A stretch of DNA of 63,220 nucleotides, filler included, from Octopus bimaculoides (GCF_001194135.2; 9 parts of 8 records of this genome joined end to end with filler, not necessarily neighbours in it), one strand, 5' to 3'; shown: positions 26,106 through 40,044, counted from the first letter of the whole stretch. A program made the numbers and translations. Notes: generated by a model not told the origin, from the letters alone.

Positions 26106-26757
26106 NNNNNNNNNNNNNNNNNNNNNNNNNNNNNNNNNNNNNNNNNNNNTTAATTAATTAANNNNNNNNNNNNNNNNNNNNNNNNNNNNNNNNNNNNNNN
26201 NNNNNATATGCATATAAATAATTGTATATATATATATACAATTATATATATCTATATATACATATATACATGCTTGCATACATACAAGCATACACGCATA
26301 CATGCACACATACATTCATGAATACATACATACATAGATGCATACATTCATACATGCATACATACATATATACAAACATAAATACACACGTACATACATA
26401 CATACATACATACATATATACGTATCAATACAACAAACACGCTCACACACACAGACACACAGACACACACACATATATATATATCAATACTGATAGATAG
26501 ATGTATATATNNNNNNNNNNGTGTTAATGTGATTGGGCATTGATTATAAATACGTGCCTAAGTATGAAATTCACGCATATTAACCTGCGGCTACACAAAC
26601 TAAGACAATCATGCATAAACAAATGCTGTGTACGTAATCATGTATTTTAAATTATGAAGTGCAGCGGATGCTTAAGCAAAATCTTTCACACACTTGCATA
26701 GATATAAACGTACACACACCTGTACATGCATATACATACACACGAACGTACACAGGT

Positions 26758-26803
<46 letters not shown>

Positions 26804-28282
26804 ACACACACACAAACACACACACACACTCATGCCATATCTCAAGCGACATGTTTACATTGTAAGCGTAATGTTGTTGCTGAAATCTGGTTTGTAGCAG
26901 TAAGAGAAACTGCTACAAGAAAATCAGAATCTATCAAAAGTATTCTAATACTTGCTACAGATAAATAATATCATTTTGGTGCAGATTTAATTTTTAATGT
27001 TAAACTGCATTGGGAAATGAAGTGACGGAGATAGATAAGCATTCATACAGATCGATGAAGATATAGACATGGGAAAAATTTAATCATCGACCGATAGTGA
27101 AATAGATACATACGCAGATTGTTACACAGACATGTTGATATGTGAGTATGTGGAAAAGTAGCTAGCTACAAATTCTAATTCGATAGACAGACAGACAAAT
27201 AGATAGATTGATTGAGAGATTCATGGCTAGATAGATATAGATATATGTAGATAAATATATATGCAACGATGATACACAAAACCCAATACTCTTCACAACA
27301 TCACATCTGACAGTAATCATCCTTTGAGTGATGGTCCCCAATATTTGTTCGATTTCAATGTGACGTTCGATTTATGCAATCAGATCTGCAATCAGATTCC
27401 TGGACAATGAGTGATAGAAAGCTGCAAGAACTGTAATCCCCCATGATTGGTTAGATGCGATGTTATACATCGCATATATCAACTTTGAAGAGAGGCTATT
27501 CTCTACAGACTCGAGTGAAAACGTTGTAAATCCTATGTAGGCGACATAACGAGAACAATTCCATTGACTTCATTGAACATGTATCTCCGATGGCCAAGAA
27601 TCCCAAGTAGAAAAACAGGTGTAGCGAAAAACAAATACCAGAGCTATTGTGTATGTGATCATTTCATCATAGGACGTTTGAATATTTGTAAAAACTCAGA
27701 CAGCCTAGTACATTGAAGACTTACAGAACATAGAAATATAATATTCGTAATACTGAGTGCACGACAATATGAATAACAAGAAATCAAGTCAACAGTGCAT
27801 GTTTTAAATCGTCTTAATTCCCAGTTGACTTGACGTAGGACAACAAATTACTTCAAATTGTTTGAGACTACGACGTAAATATATATGCAAAAATATATCT
27901 GAAAGGAAGTGCTGTTACACAAAATCAATGATATTGATAATGATATGTAATGAGAATACGACAAGTGAAAATTCTCCCGTGTGTCATTACTTTTCTTTGT
28001 GCTATTCCACCTCATGAGGCAGGCCAAATAAGGAATTTCTCGGAGGCTTACTATCATATAAAAAATTTGGAACATAGAATTATTTATAAAGTCGAATACA
28101 TTGCAAAGTAAAATAAAATCCAACTTAAAGGGCATAAACTATTTAAGCACAAGACTTGAAGAACTTAACACATCTGTATACGTGTTAGCGTATGTGTTCA
28201 AGTGAGTGTTTACAAGCGTATATGCATATATATGTGTGGATACATGTATGTACATTTATATATGTGTATATATATAAATATA

Positions 28283-28368
<86 letters not shown>

Positions 28369-28699
28369 CATACATATGTATATATATATTTATATACACA
28401 CATATATACATAAACATATATATGCATGTTTATGTATGTATTATGTATTATGCTTGCATTGCTCTCAAAGGCTGTGATGGTTGAGACCAGATGAGATAAA
28501 AGGAAAATAAGCCATAAAAAGAAAAAAGAAAACGGAAAAGAAATGGTAAAAAGAAAACGGAAAAGAAAAGGTAAAAAGAAGGGGCAAGTGCGTAAAACGG
28601 TAAGTTTCGATAAGGGGAAATTAAGTAGAGTTGGAAGGTGTTAGATTAGTAAAAGAATTCAATGAAAGAATTCTGGGGAATTAAATATATCTTAAAATA

Positions 28700-29520
28700 G
28701 GTGAAACAAAACAAAAGACAGTTGGATGGAAGTTACAATGACCTTTCTAAAGAGAGAATATCCCCTATATTCTATCCAGAATTATCTTCAAAATTTTATC
28801 CGATAAAAACATCCGTAACATAAGACTTCAAAAACTTCAGTATGCACCTCTAGACAGGATTTATCCACCATACTTAATCGATAATGGAATAAAAAAAAAA
28901 AGAGCCATTAAAATGATATCCAGGAAATAAGACAACCACGACAAAAATATAGGAACGAAAAAATTTACCTTTCATTTTCATCTGCAGTTCAGAAAAAAAA
29001 AACAAAAAAACTTCAGAATATATTTCAGAATACACCCGCACTGATAAAGGACAATAAATTGGACCGAATCATAACACATACCATCACAAAAAACAAAAGT
29101 ATCCCTAATGAATAAAGACATAGTAACAAGATCCAATTTTAAAGCAATTACAACAGGAACAAATGTCTTAAAAATCGAACATACAACTGTGGTGTATGTT
29201 TATGCATTTCAGAAAGGTCAGATGATGTGCATTTCAGGCAAGGACAACTTGCTTACAATAAATCATTCTTCATATGTACATCTGATAAGACAAACTAAGA
29301 AATTAACTGTGAAAATGTGGAGAGAAATATATAGGACCAACAGAGAAGCTCTAAAATCAACGCATGTATGTTCATAGACCACGAACTAAAACACGGGCAG
29401 AGGTGAATAAGACTAAGTGAACATATAAACACATGCGCCCTTTGTAAAAAACTACAAAATTTTACGATCGTCCAAGGAAACCAGTTTCATAACCAAATAT
29501 CGACAACTAAACCAATGTAG
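28700..29520 (+). pseudogene. Penelope-like element remnant: RT thumb/linker plus GIY-YIG endonuclease
   Basis: Frames give RENIPYILSRIIFKILSDKNIRNIRLQKLQYAPLDRIYPPYLIDNGIK, then NCGVC...FRQGQ...FICTSD, CGEKYIGPT..L*NQRMYVHR, RLSEHINTCA and KETSFITKY, all collinear with PLE ORF C-termini. Many frameshifts. Confidence 0.8.
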
Positions 29521-29844
29521 AAGAGAAAAAACTACAACCATTAAAACCATTTCTGCTAATGCTGTTGTTATTAACACTACAATTTCCACTACTTCTGTTA
29601 TTTGTGTTATTACGGCTAACAACTCCGCCTTTACTATTGAAAGAGAGGTACAAACCACTCCACTTCACCTATGTCTACAACAACTTTCATCACCATTACA
29701 ACAACTACCACAACTGTTTATGTGACTACTAATGCTCCTACTAGTTAGATTGATACAGTAACTACTTGACGTGACATTGTTATTGATGCAGCTTCTACTA
29801 TTAGTCACCCATTAATATCAAGATTCCCAGTATGAAAAAAGAAT

Positions 29845-30046
29845 ATTCTTTTCTACTTGAGGCACATGGCCTGAAATTTTTAGGGAGGAGCCCAGTCGAT
29901 TAGATCGACCCCAGTACGCATCTGATACTTAATTTATCAACTCCGAAAGGATGAAAGACAAAGTCGACCTCGTCGGAATTTGAACTCGGAACGTAAAGAC
30001 AGACAAAATACCCGCTAATCATTTCGCCCGGCGTGCTAACGTTTCT
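29845..30046 (-). mobile_element. SINE family C
   Basis: Reverse complement of the 9129-9333 sequence. Confidence 0.88.
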
Positions 30047-30052
30047 CCTAAA

Positions 30053-30084
<32 letters not shown>

Positions 30085-30107
30085 CGCTGCTGCTGCTGCT
30101 GCTGTTG

Positions 30108-30157
<50 letters not shown>

Positions 30158-30179
30158 GCTGCTGCGCCTGCTGCTGCTG

Positions 30180-30236
<57 letters not shown>

Positions 30237-31308
30237 AAACCTAGCAGGCCATCTAAGGGAACCCAACTACAAGCAAAATGTGAATTTTGTAAGAAAAAAC
30301 TAAAATTCCAGAAGCGAAATGAGACAAATTAATCTAACATTCATTTTCCTTTGCCCTTCTGCATTACGAAAGCGTCTTAAACAGAGAGGGTGTGACCGGT
30401 TGCCTATTTTCGTAGAAATACAAATATTTTCTCTCTTTTGTTCACAATAAAGTTCTTGATACATTTTCTTCGTTTGGAATGTGAGTGTGTGTATGTGTTC
30501 ATGTTTGTGCGTTTGTGTTTGTGTCTGTGTTTGTGCATGTGCGTATGTATGTGATGTATGCATATGTATATGTACATGTATAACTGCGCATGTGTGGCAA
30601 TATGTATTGGAGAGGGAATACATTTGTTTTCATACATATTTTTGATTACTCTCACATTCCTGAATGTACTATATCTGAGTATATTTGTGTATGCATATGT
30701 TGTTACATTTATTTGTTACATTCACCTTCACTTATTTCGCGTTCCTAAATATGTCTGCAAATTCAAATGCTCATTGAGAGAAGATATTTCCATTCACTTC
30801 AATATATCGTAAGCATTTATTCATTTCCGAATAATTTATAGAATATTATTCCCCATTCTGTACACCTACAAAAAATTCCAACAATTCACACTTAATTCGT
30901 CAACTAACCCCCTAAAATTATTACTATCTTTTTCTTTTTGTCTCGCTTATCGGATTGATATGGTTTCTAAGATACGCTAAGTACATGTGTTATTTCCCAT
31001 TTTCTATTTTGAAATTACAACTTATGAAATAACTTGTCTGCTTTTCTAGCACCGAATTTTGGTCATAAAATATAAAGAGATAAAAATCAATAAGTTTTCC
31101 TCCGCCCTTTTCCATGAAATTTCAGGTGTTTTTATTCATGTTCGTAATTCTTCTATTTCAACCCATTTCCGTATAGCAGGCAATGTTTTGTTATATCTAC
31201 AACAGAAAATGGAATGTACTTTTAGAAAAAAATACGTGAAAAAATATAATCCTTAAGTATGTAGATATGCAGATGCATATAGACACACAGGCTCACATAC
31301 ATGTATAT

Positions 31309-31357
<49 letters not shown>

Positions 31358-31410
31358 CATATGTGTATGTATCTGTATATACATACATGTATGTATGTAT
31401 ATATATATAT

Positions 31411-31457
<47 letters not shown>

Positions 31458-31890
31458 CTTGATTATAAGTAATTCAAGCAGGCAATACTGTACTGGTTGA
31501 CGTAGGTGAAAAAAGTGTTCTATAAATTGGTATGTATCCGTTAGGCGGTGAAACAGAACAGCTGCCAGTACATACATACATTCATATATACACACACACA
31601 TCCACACACACACACACACACACGCACATATGCATACATATATACATACATATATGCACATTTGTACATGTATGTGCATACATATATGAGGAGTTGTACC
31701 CACACAAATCTACAACTATATGACAAACACATACTTTACGTAACTGTGCGCCAAGGTGCATTCACGAAATTTAGTGAAGTGTTATTAGATGTTTTGATGC
31801 AACATATCGCTTTCAATAATTTCGTTTTCATTTTATACCAGAATATTATTTTCCTCTTACGCTTATTGAATATCTCTCATTTCCACACAC

Positions 31891-31928
<38 letters not shown>

Positions 31929-32519
31929 TGTTAAAAGAGCCTACGTTGTTTTATTGTTCGCATTTAATGTTATTTTCACTTCTGCCGATATAAATTAGGA
32001 TGTATATATTTTTATTTGTCATGTTTTTTCAGTTATTCCTTCAAATAAATCCATTTGTAGAATCTTTCAGTCCCTTCCAAATAACTGTTATTACAAGAAT
32101 AACGTCACTAATAATTATAGCGACATTACGCATATCTCCTCCCCGTCCAACTACTTTATCAGCCAAACGGAAATAGATGACGGGGACATAAGAAAGACAG
32201 ACAAGAATTTGTTTGAGGATTTACACAAAGGATGGGAGAAAGAAATAGAAAATGCGATAAAAGTATACATAGCATACAAGATATGTGATAATGTGAATTA
32301 TGTAGTCCACTTAATATTGGCAAAACTCCAGTTAGGTCAATCAAGGAAGCTCAAAGATTCAGGAATTACCCTGAACACCAAAAGAAAGATCCACCTCACA
32401 TGCTCTCCGCTGGACATGCGCTTACTTACAGTAGGGCAATTCGGTCTAAAAATGTTTTCCACAGTCACCTATATTTTCATAAATTCACTGAGCGGTAACA
32501 CGTCCTTTTCCTCCCTCAG

Positions 32520-33400
32520 TTTCCTTTCCACTTTGAACTTAAAATGTATGTGAGTGCTTGACTGAAAAAGGGGGTGTCTTTCTGAATCCTTTAAGCCTCG
32601 TCCAACATACGATATCGTTCACCATAGACACTAGACAGAAGAACACCACCTGTCAACAGATAGACCGCCTGACTAATGAAACTCGTAATTTTCACAGGAA
32701 GCGGTAAAGTAAAAGGTCACGTCCAGCCAAACGTGGATTGGAGTAAGTTGCAACGGTCAGGCGCTAAGTTGTTAAGGAACGGATGTGAGTATGCGCCACC
32801 TCTGCTCGCCCTTTCATGGATAATTTCCTCTCAGCCCATTTTTGAGTGAGACTTGCGACCCTGCTTGTAACCTCAACCCAATTTTAGTCTACCTGGAGGT
32901 TTGGGCCAGACCAGACATCGAACAATTTCACCGGTCTCTCTACCTACCGACCATATTGTTCGATGGCCTCTCCAGTTGCAAGTCGCAAGTCTACCGTCTG
33001 TCTTGTTAGGATTTATATTAACTCCAGCCATCACCTTTACTTTAAAATAGAATCGACAACCTGAACTTCAAGTCACTGCGATGTCATCCGCATACGTCGA
33101 CACACGTCTCCAGCATCCCAATTTTAAAGAGATGCCCTGCAAGAGTTTTATCTTCCGCAGCAAGATCTTGAGCGCCTGAACATATACAAGAGGAGAGAGG
33201 ACACCCCTGACGGATCGAGCACGAGATAAAAAAACGTTTCTGAAAGGTAGCCGTTTACTCGTACCACCGAGTAAGCGCCCGTGTTCATTGCTGTATGCAG
33301 CCACTGAAAACGTGTTCGAAACCAACTGCTTTTAGGATCCTCAAGAGAGCCGTTATCATGCATTATATGTCCCATAGTATTTTGAACAGGAAAATAATCA
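32520..33400 (-). mobile_element. Tx1/L1-like LINE ORF2 remnant: RT core with YADD, joined by an internal deletion to the C-terminus
   Basis: SVVRVNGYLSE, RSVRGVLSPLVYVQALKILLRK, VSTYADDIAV, PVKLFDVWSGPNLQVD*NWVEVTSRV...KWAERKLSMKGRAEV, VSLVRRSIC*Q, then directly VFFCLVSMVNDIVCWTRLKG. Confidence 0.88.
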
Positions 33401-33750
33401 TAGTGTCTTACTCAACCACACCGAACCTGACCAGTACGAAAAAGGTTGCTAAATATGATGCGGGCACCAACTATGGTTGGACGAACTTTTTCTGGGAACA
33501 CCCCAAATGGAAATTGCAACTATAGTTATGCACATTTGATTGTCTGTTCAAATGAGGCATAGAACGGTAAGAACAGCAATAATAGTAGGCGAAATGTCGG
33601 GAACATCACTGGATCCGACACCCAAGAACATAACAACCAGAGCGGCATCCCAACAAACTTTACCACTTTATCACTAATGGACATGGGAAATCTAGATCCC
33701 CACACTGGCAATGTAACTTTAGAATTTCCACCTGCTTTTCTGTGGGCAGG
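33400..33750 (-). mobile_element. Probable further upstream piece of the same LINE (endonuclease region?)
   Basis: Contiguous elevated-GC sequence, and FRLLLLLFLPFYAS loosely resembles the FRL.AVYAP motif of APE domains. Confidence 0.35.
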
Positions 33751-34419
33751 CAATGTATTTATTCAAACGTAACGTATAAGTGTATGGTGATGATATAACA
33801 AATACCAAAATTATTCATTTCTTCTTATATAACAGCCTATGTATCTGTCACTTTATCTGATTACATAAATCTAATATAGAGATCGACCTGTTGTCTTAGA
33901 TTCCTTCGTGATATATGCAACTGACTGTTCGTAATATAGTTGCTATTATTATTGCTACTGTCGTTAGTATCATCGTTGATACTACATCGCTTTGATGGTA
34001 TTTATTTCCTCTACCCCAAATCTACTGTGTTAATATGTGTTCGGTTCAGAGAGAGTGTGAATATGTGTATGTCTGGCTGAATATGTACAAGGGGCGGGGA
34101 GCGCAGTTATCCCAATACCTTATATTGACCATCTATCTTCTGTTAACACACGTATGCTATTTCTCATTCTCTTTATTCTTTAGTCTGTGTACTTAAAGAT
34201 ACTGCCCGTAATTTGCAGAGCTGGAATATACAGGGGCAAGATTTGTACTTTTCAATGAGAATGCGAAGAAGGGGAGTCGACTGTATAACATATTCTCGCT
34301 AATTGCTAAGCGTAACGATGCTAGTCGGTTTACTAAAACATGTGAATGTGTGTAAAGCTTAAAAAGACAGTTACGTTTCCAGTGCTTATCTTTAATACGC
34401 ACGCACGCACGCACGGACG

Positions 34420-34501
<82 letters not shown>

Positions 34502-35388
34502 AAAGAAAGAACAGGAAAACACCACAAAAGTTAATTAGACGTACACAGTGAACATAATCGATTGGCGCTCAGCATAAGTTTGAGATGGAAAAACAAGAGT
34601 CGAAATAAGGTTTTTAGTAGGAATCTTCGTCGGAAGGAGAGAAAAGAGTTCAGACAGGAGGAGTAGGAGAAGCAGCAAATAGTCTGGGGGAAAAGCATAT
34701 GTGTCGTTATATGGCCGAGAAATAACTCACTGGAAATTGGATTTAGAGAAAATGATTTTTGAAGGCAGGAGAGCACAAAAAACTGGCTATTGTGCGAGTG
34801 AGTGTGTAAGTGGGATACCGTGTGTGTAGTGTGCATATGTGTATATATGTGTTTTATGTGTGTGTGTGTGGGTGCGGATGTCGAGTTGCGTGTTTCTATT
34901 TTAGGGAGTGCTGATGGGATGATAGTATATGTGTGTGTATCTATAGAATTAAAGTAGAATTTGAGATTGTTCCTGTATTCCCTTGATTAAAATGAATCCC
35001 AACGTTTACTTTTTTCTGCTGTGCTGTAGGGCAACTGAGTACCGTACACAATAAGGTCATTATTAACTTCATATTATTTGATTGCTTTTTATTAGACAGT
35101 CTGTTGTTTGGCTGGTCGGATATCGGTTATATTCCGTTTGCTCCTTCAACTTATGAAAATTCGCTTCAAATTGATATTTCACGTCAGTTTTTAAAAATAT
35201 TTCCTTACAGTCATTTCCGTCATTTTCTTTAAAAGAAATGCTTATCTTCTATGAATTTTAAACTTCAGACTTAAAGCATTTGCATTGTAAAATGAAATAA
35301 ATATTACTGAAATTCTATCGTTCTGAGGAATTTCAACCATGTTTCGTGGTCTGCTACCACAACAGCTCCTTTATAGGGTCCAGTTACC

Positions 35389-35760
35389 TGAAGACATCAT
35401 CAGGAGGAACCACGTCCGGTTTCGGCCCCTACTCCTCTACCGTTTTGACGTGGCGGGGCCCCTCCTTTCGGAGGTGTCTTCAGCTCTGGTGTTGGGTGCA
35501 TGTCTTCTTTCACTGTTTGTGACTGTTCTAATTCAACTGTGGAATGTCCCTCGCTATGGTTATTTTCCCGGAGGTTCTGGCCACACGTCTTACGGTTCAT
35601 CAACCCGCGTTGTTGAATTACTTTCTTCTGACATACCTTCCCTTGGTGGATTAGGATCCAGTTAGCTCAAGACATCATCAGGAGGAACCACGTCCGGTTT
35701 CGGCCCCTATTCCTCTACCGTTTTGACGTGGCGGGGCCCCTCCTTTCGGAGGTGTCTTCA
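35389..35760. repeat. Two 94-bp GC-rich direct repeats (35389-35482, 35667-35760; 92/94 identical) around a ~185-bp spacer
   Basis: Direct reading. Copy 1 is bounded by the inverted 8-mer TGAAGACA/TGTCTTCA, and weaker similarity extends ~12 bp further left. Confidence 0.95.
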
Positions 35761-37826
35761 ATAAATAGTCTACAAAATAACGGTTCTGTTTCGAATCTCA
35801 CAGAACATGACTTTGAATTTCATTTCTCCAAAGTTTCAACAGGTTCACTAAATTAATAAGACGCCATGAACCTTTAGTTAGTGCTTGTATGCATAAACAT
35901 GTAGCCTTTTGATATTGGGAAAATTTATTTTTAATTTGATTTACAAATAAAATCATAAGTTGATTTGCATGAAGCTGTATACTTTGAAGGCATTCTCCTC
36001 CACTACACCTCTGTTTCTCCTCAGAAAGACATGAATAAGACAGTCTTTAGTTTTCCCTTTGTGCCAATATGTGAACTCGCACTTCCTGTAAAGAAACCAT
36101 CATCAATTAATTTCGTAGAAATTGAAACTGAAGAGTATAGGACAAACAACTTTAACCTGTTTATCATTTCGTTTTCACGGTTTGTGTTTCTCATTTAAAT
36201 TTCTCCGCAGCCGATGTAAGGAAGTTGTAACTCTCTAAATGATATTCTATCAACTCCATTCTTTTAATTTACATGAAATCTTAGAATGCCATTATTAAAT
36301 GATTTCTGTATGCAGATGTATTGAATGGATATAAAAGCTCCATTAAAATATTAATGAAATGTCATTTACCTTCTGAATTCTAAAGATACAGCGATTCTAA
36401 ACTACCATTAAAGAGAAAACCATTAGTATTATAAATAACTTATACTAATTTATCCTTTATCTTCTTAAAGATATTAGAAATAAGTGCCTGGATATGTTCA
36501 GATTATTTAAACTGCAATTTGCTATCATCTGTTTTATTAATAGGGAGCAACAGAAAAGTGATATATTAATTGTAGAATATTTGGATTTATCTCATTATGG
36601 CACTTGTTCAATTCCCATCACAATCGATGTTGTCTTGGTATCCTTCAGCCATATTCAGAATGGCTATAATTCATTTACTTAACTCACCTCTATCTTCACC
36701 CTTTCCAATTTTATGTGCGCTGTGTTTCAATAGAAATAATCATTATGTTCAACTAACGGTCATATGAAATTTTTACATTTTTTTTAAACGTGATATAACA
36801 AGGATTTAATTTAAATCACGCGTGATATTTTTCTAAATTTCAATGACATTTCAAGGAAAGCAATAACTGTGCTAGAGAAAATAAGAAAAACGTATGTTTC
36901 CATATATATCAAACGGGTCATGAAATATATGAGAATTGCATATTCTCAAACAATATATTATTAAAAAAATATGAATAGGGAGAAAACTTATTTTTAATTC
37001 TTTTGCAGAGGCTTAAATATTTTGTTCAGTCTAATTAAATCTGGTTATGCACATAAATTTTAATAAACGTCCTATATTGTTCTCTCAAAATTTGAATTAT
37101 TATATATTTTTTTCGATTTCTTCTCTTTCAATAAACTAGATTTACGATTTCTTTTCAAAGCGCGAATGCATTACAGAAAACGGGAGGCATCATTTCAATA
37201 AATATTTAATCCATTCAACTCTCGATACAGCGATCCGATCGTATATCCATCTACATAACCGTCATAATATTCCTCTATCTTCTAAATTATACATCACTAT
37301 CTAACAATTTCAATTTCTTTCCGTCGATGTCCTTGTCCTTTTTTTAAAATTCAACCTTATACAATATGCGCTTGTGATAAGTTAAACTGTATACCATGAC
37401 ACGTTTATTTGCATATGTATCCGCATATATGACAATGTCTCATACATAAACTCTCTGTAAGTATTAATTCTAAAACAAACTACATCAGATGTAGATCTCT
37501 CTCTCTCTCTCTCTCTGTCTCACTCACTCATACCCTCTCCCTCTCTCTATCAGCACATCCGCCTTTCCCTCTCTCTTTCTCTCTCTCTATATATAATCTG
37601 TATGAACCTAAAAATACTACAAAAATAAGTAAGAATAGCCCTATATCGGAGAGTGGAATTTTTACAAAATGATTGGCCGGTGACGTATTTTTCAGCAATG
37701 TATGGATAATTTATCCTGTTCACGTTATTTTATTAGCATTATCACGCGTTTGAGAATAAATTATTTCTGTATCCTTCAATACATCTCAAGATTTCTAAAG
37801 CAAAGTTTGTTTACTTTCATCATATA

Positions 37827-37866
<40 letters not shown>

Positions 37867-38070
37867 NNNNNNNNNNNNNNNNNNNNNNNNNNNNNNNNNN
37901 NNNNNNNNNNTTAATTAATTAANNNNNNNNNNNNNNNNNNNNNNNNNNNNNNNNNNNNNNNNNNNNCAATCTGCCAGTATGTATAGCTTTATCTACTTCA
38001 AGTTCCTTCATTAAAAACCAAGTTCTGTCATGTCGCTAAAACCTTTTGAATTCTTTTGCTGGCATCCCTA

Positions 38071-38435
38071 TAGGTGCAGGTATGGCTATGTCGTAAGAAG
38101 CTGGCTTCCCAACCACACGGTTCTGGGTTCAGTCCCACTGCGTGGCACCTTCAGCAAGTGTCTTCTACTATAGTCTGAGGCCGACAAAACCTTTGTGATT
38201 AGATTTGGTAAGCAAACTGAAAGAAGCCCATCATATATATATATATATATGTTTGTTTTGTGTCTGTTTATCCCTCCCACCACCATTTGACAACCAATGT
38301 TGGTGCGTTTACATCCCCATAACATAGCAGTTTGGCAAAGGAAACCAATAGAATAAGTCCTGGGGTCAATTTCTTCAACTAAAACTCTTTAAGGCAGTGC
38401 TCCAGTATGACCACAGTCAAATGACTGAAACAAAT
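38071..38435 (+). mobile_element. SINE family B, full length, diverged
   Basis: Collinear with 42257-42680. Confidence 0.88.
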
Positions 38436-38832
38436 TACAGAAAATATATACAGATGTATGTAAAGAAAATAAAGAAGTTTGTTGGGATAGCTTAAAGAAT
38501 CGGGTAAATACCCTTTAGAAGGGGACAGCTGGTTGGTTGAAGTTTGTTCCCTGAGTCTGTGAGTTTGTGTTCAGTCCCACTGCATAGCACCTTGGGCCAG
38601 TATATTCTATAGTCCCAGGCCAACCAGACCCCCTGTAAATGTGTGATTTGACAATAGTTATGAACAAGCATCACCATCATAGAAATAGTATCCTATGTTT
38701 GCAGGCTTCTGTGGAATTGTCCGATGAAGGGGAGACTTTATCTTGCTTAAGATATCAGGCGAGGGTTTGTGGGCTGTTGTAGAAAATATACCTCAATGAG
38801 TTACATCTGACTCTTACTAGTATGGAGCAGTG

Positions 38833-39206
38833 TGGAGGTGCATTGGCCCAGTGGTTAGGGCAGCGGACTCGCGGTCATAGGATCACAGTTTCGATTCCCA
38901 GACTGGGCGTTGTGAGTGTTTATTGAGCGAAAACGCCTAAAGCTCCACGAGGCTCCGGCAGGGGATGGTGGTGAACCCTGCTGTACTCTTTCACCACAAC
39001 TTTCTCTAACTCTTACTTCCTGTTTCCGTTGTACCTGTAATTCAAAGGACCAACCTTGTCACGCTGAATATCCCCGAGAACTACGTTACAGGTACGCGTG
39101 TCTGTGGAGTGCTCAGCCACTTGCACATTAATTTCATGAGCAGGCTGTTCCGTTGATCGGATCAACTGGAACCCTTGTCGTCATAAGCGACGGAGTGCCA
39201 ACAAAA
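38833..39206 (+). mobile_element. SINE family A with 14-bp TSD
   Basis: TSD AGTATGGAGCAGTG at 38819-38832 and 39207-39220. Confidence 0.95.
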
Positions 39207-40044
39207 AGTATGGAGCAGTGGTTGTTAAAGTGATGATGATGATAAATGCTGCTTTCTCCCCAGATTTTTAAACCCAAGTATTAGGCAGGGGTACATTATA
39301 CTATATGTTACCTGTGTGTTTTTTTTTTTTTTTTACCAGTGAAGTGTTTTGCAAAATTGCAATGGCATGTCAGAGGTTATACCTATTGTCAAGGCTAGCG
39401 GATATGTAACAATGATCTGAGATCATTATAATAATGTTCTATTTTATCTATGACAGCGATGTATATAGTAATCTTCAACATAACTGTTAGATGTGTGTCT
39501 CATGAAATTATTTCTGTGAACTTGTGTATGGAAGGCCAGAATGTCACATTTCCTTTATCAAAAACACTACTTCTATTATTTAAAGTGACAATATTTAATG
39601 AGGGTTACACCTAGATATTGACATTGTTGAAATCTGAACATCTGTCTGTACTGTCATAAAACATTTTCATTTCTGAAATTCTGCAACTATTATAAAATCC
39701 ATTACTGAATAGATTTATATTGGAAATGGAAGTTTTTACAATGGCATTTCTTATGTCAAACTGTTTCGGGGACTTAAATAGACCTTATCACACCCTTAGC
39801 AATGTCAATGCAGAGACACACATACAACATCCTTCTGTACTGTTTCCATCTAATAAGGGTATTGCTTAACCCAAGGCTTTAGTAGAAGACAAGTACCCTT
39901 GTTGACACACAGTGGGGTTGAACCTGCAATCACTTGGCTACAAAGTGAATGTTTAACTCCACAGCTATTCATTTGGTATTGGCCATTTTTCCAGCCTTTT
40001 TGATTTGGTGCCAATGTGATAATTAATATTTACTAAGTCTAATA

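Noticed and set aside
27400-27700. GIY-YIG-like word CKSYVGDITRT
   Set aside because: A single short motif amid many stops with no collinear supporting motifs, so not distinguishable from chance.
32170-32420. Open frame LFEDLHKGWEKEIENAIKVYIAY...
   Set aside because: No recognisable family or splice support; possibly a LINE ORF1 remnant.
35410-35475. HDV-like ribozyme fold
   Set aside because: Two crossing helices are present but there is no P3/L3 consensus, no P1.1 GG and no P4-J4/2 on either strand.
35389-35760. TRIM/LTR interpretation (TG...CA ends, TGG after repeat 1, tRNA-iMet-like TGGTAGCAGA nearby)
   Set aside because: No TSD and no polypurine tract, and the iMet-like word is ~30 nt from the repeat and on the wrong side for this pair.
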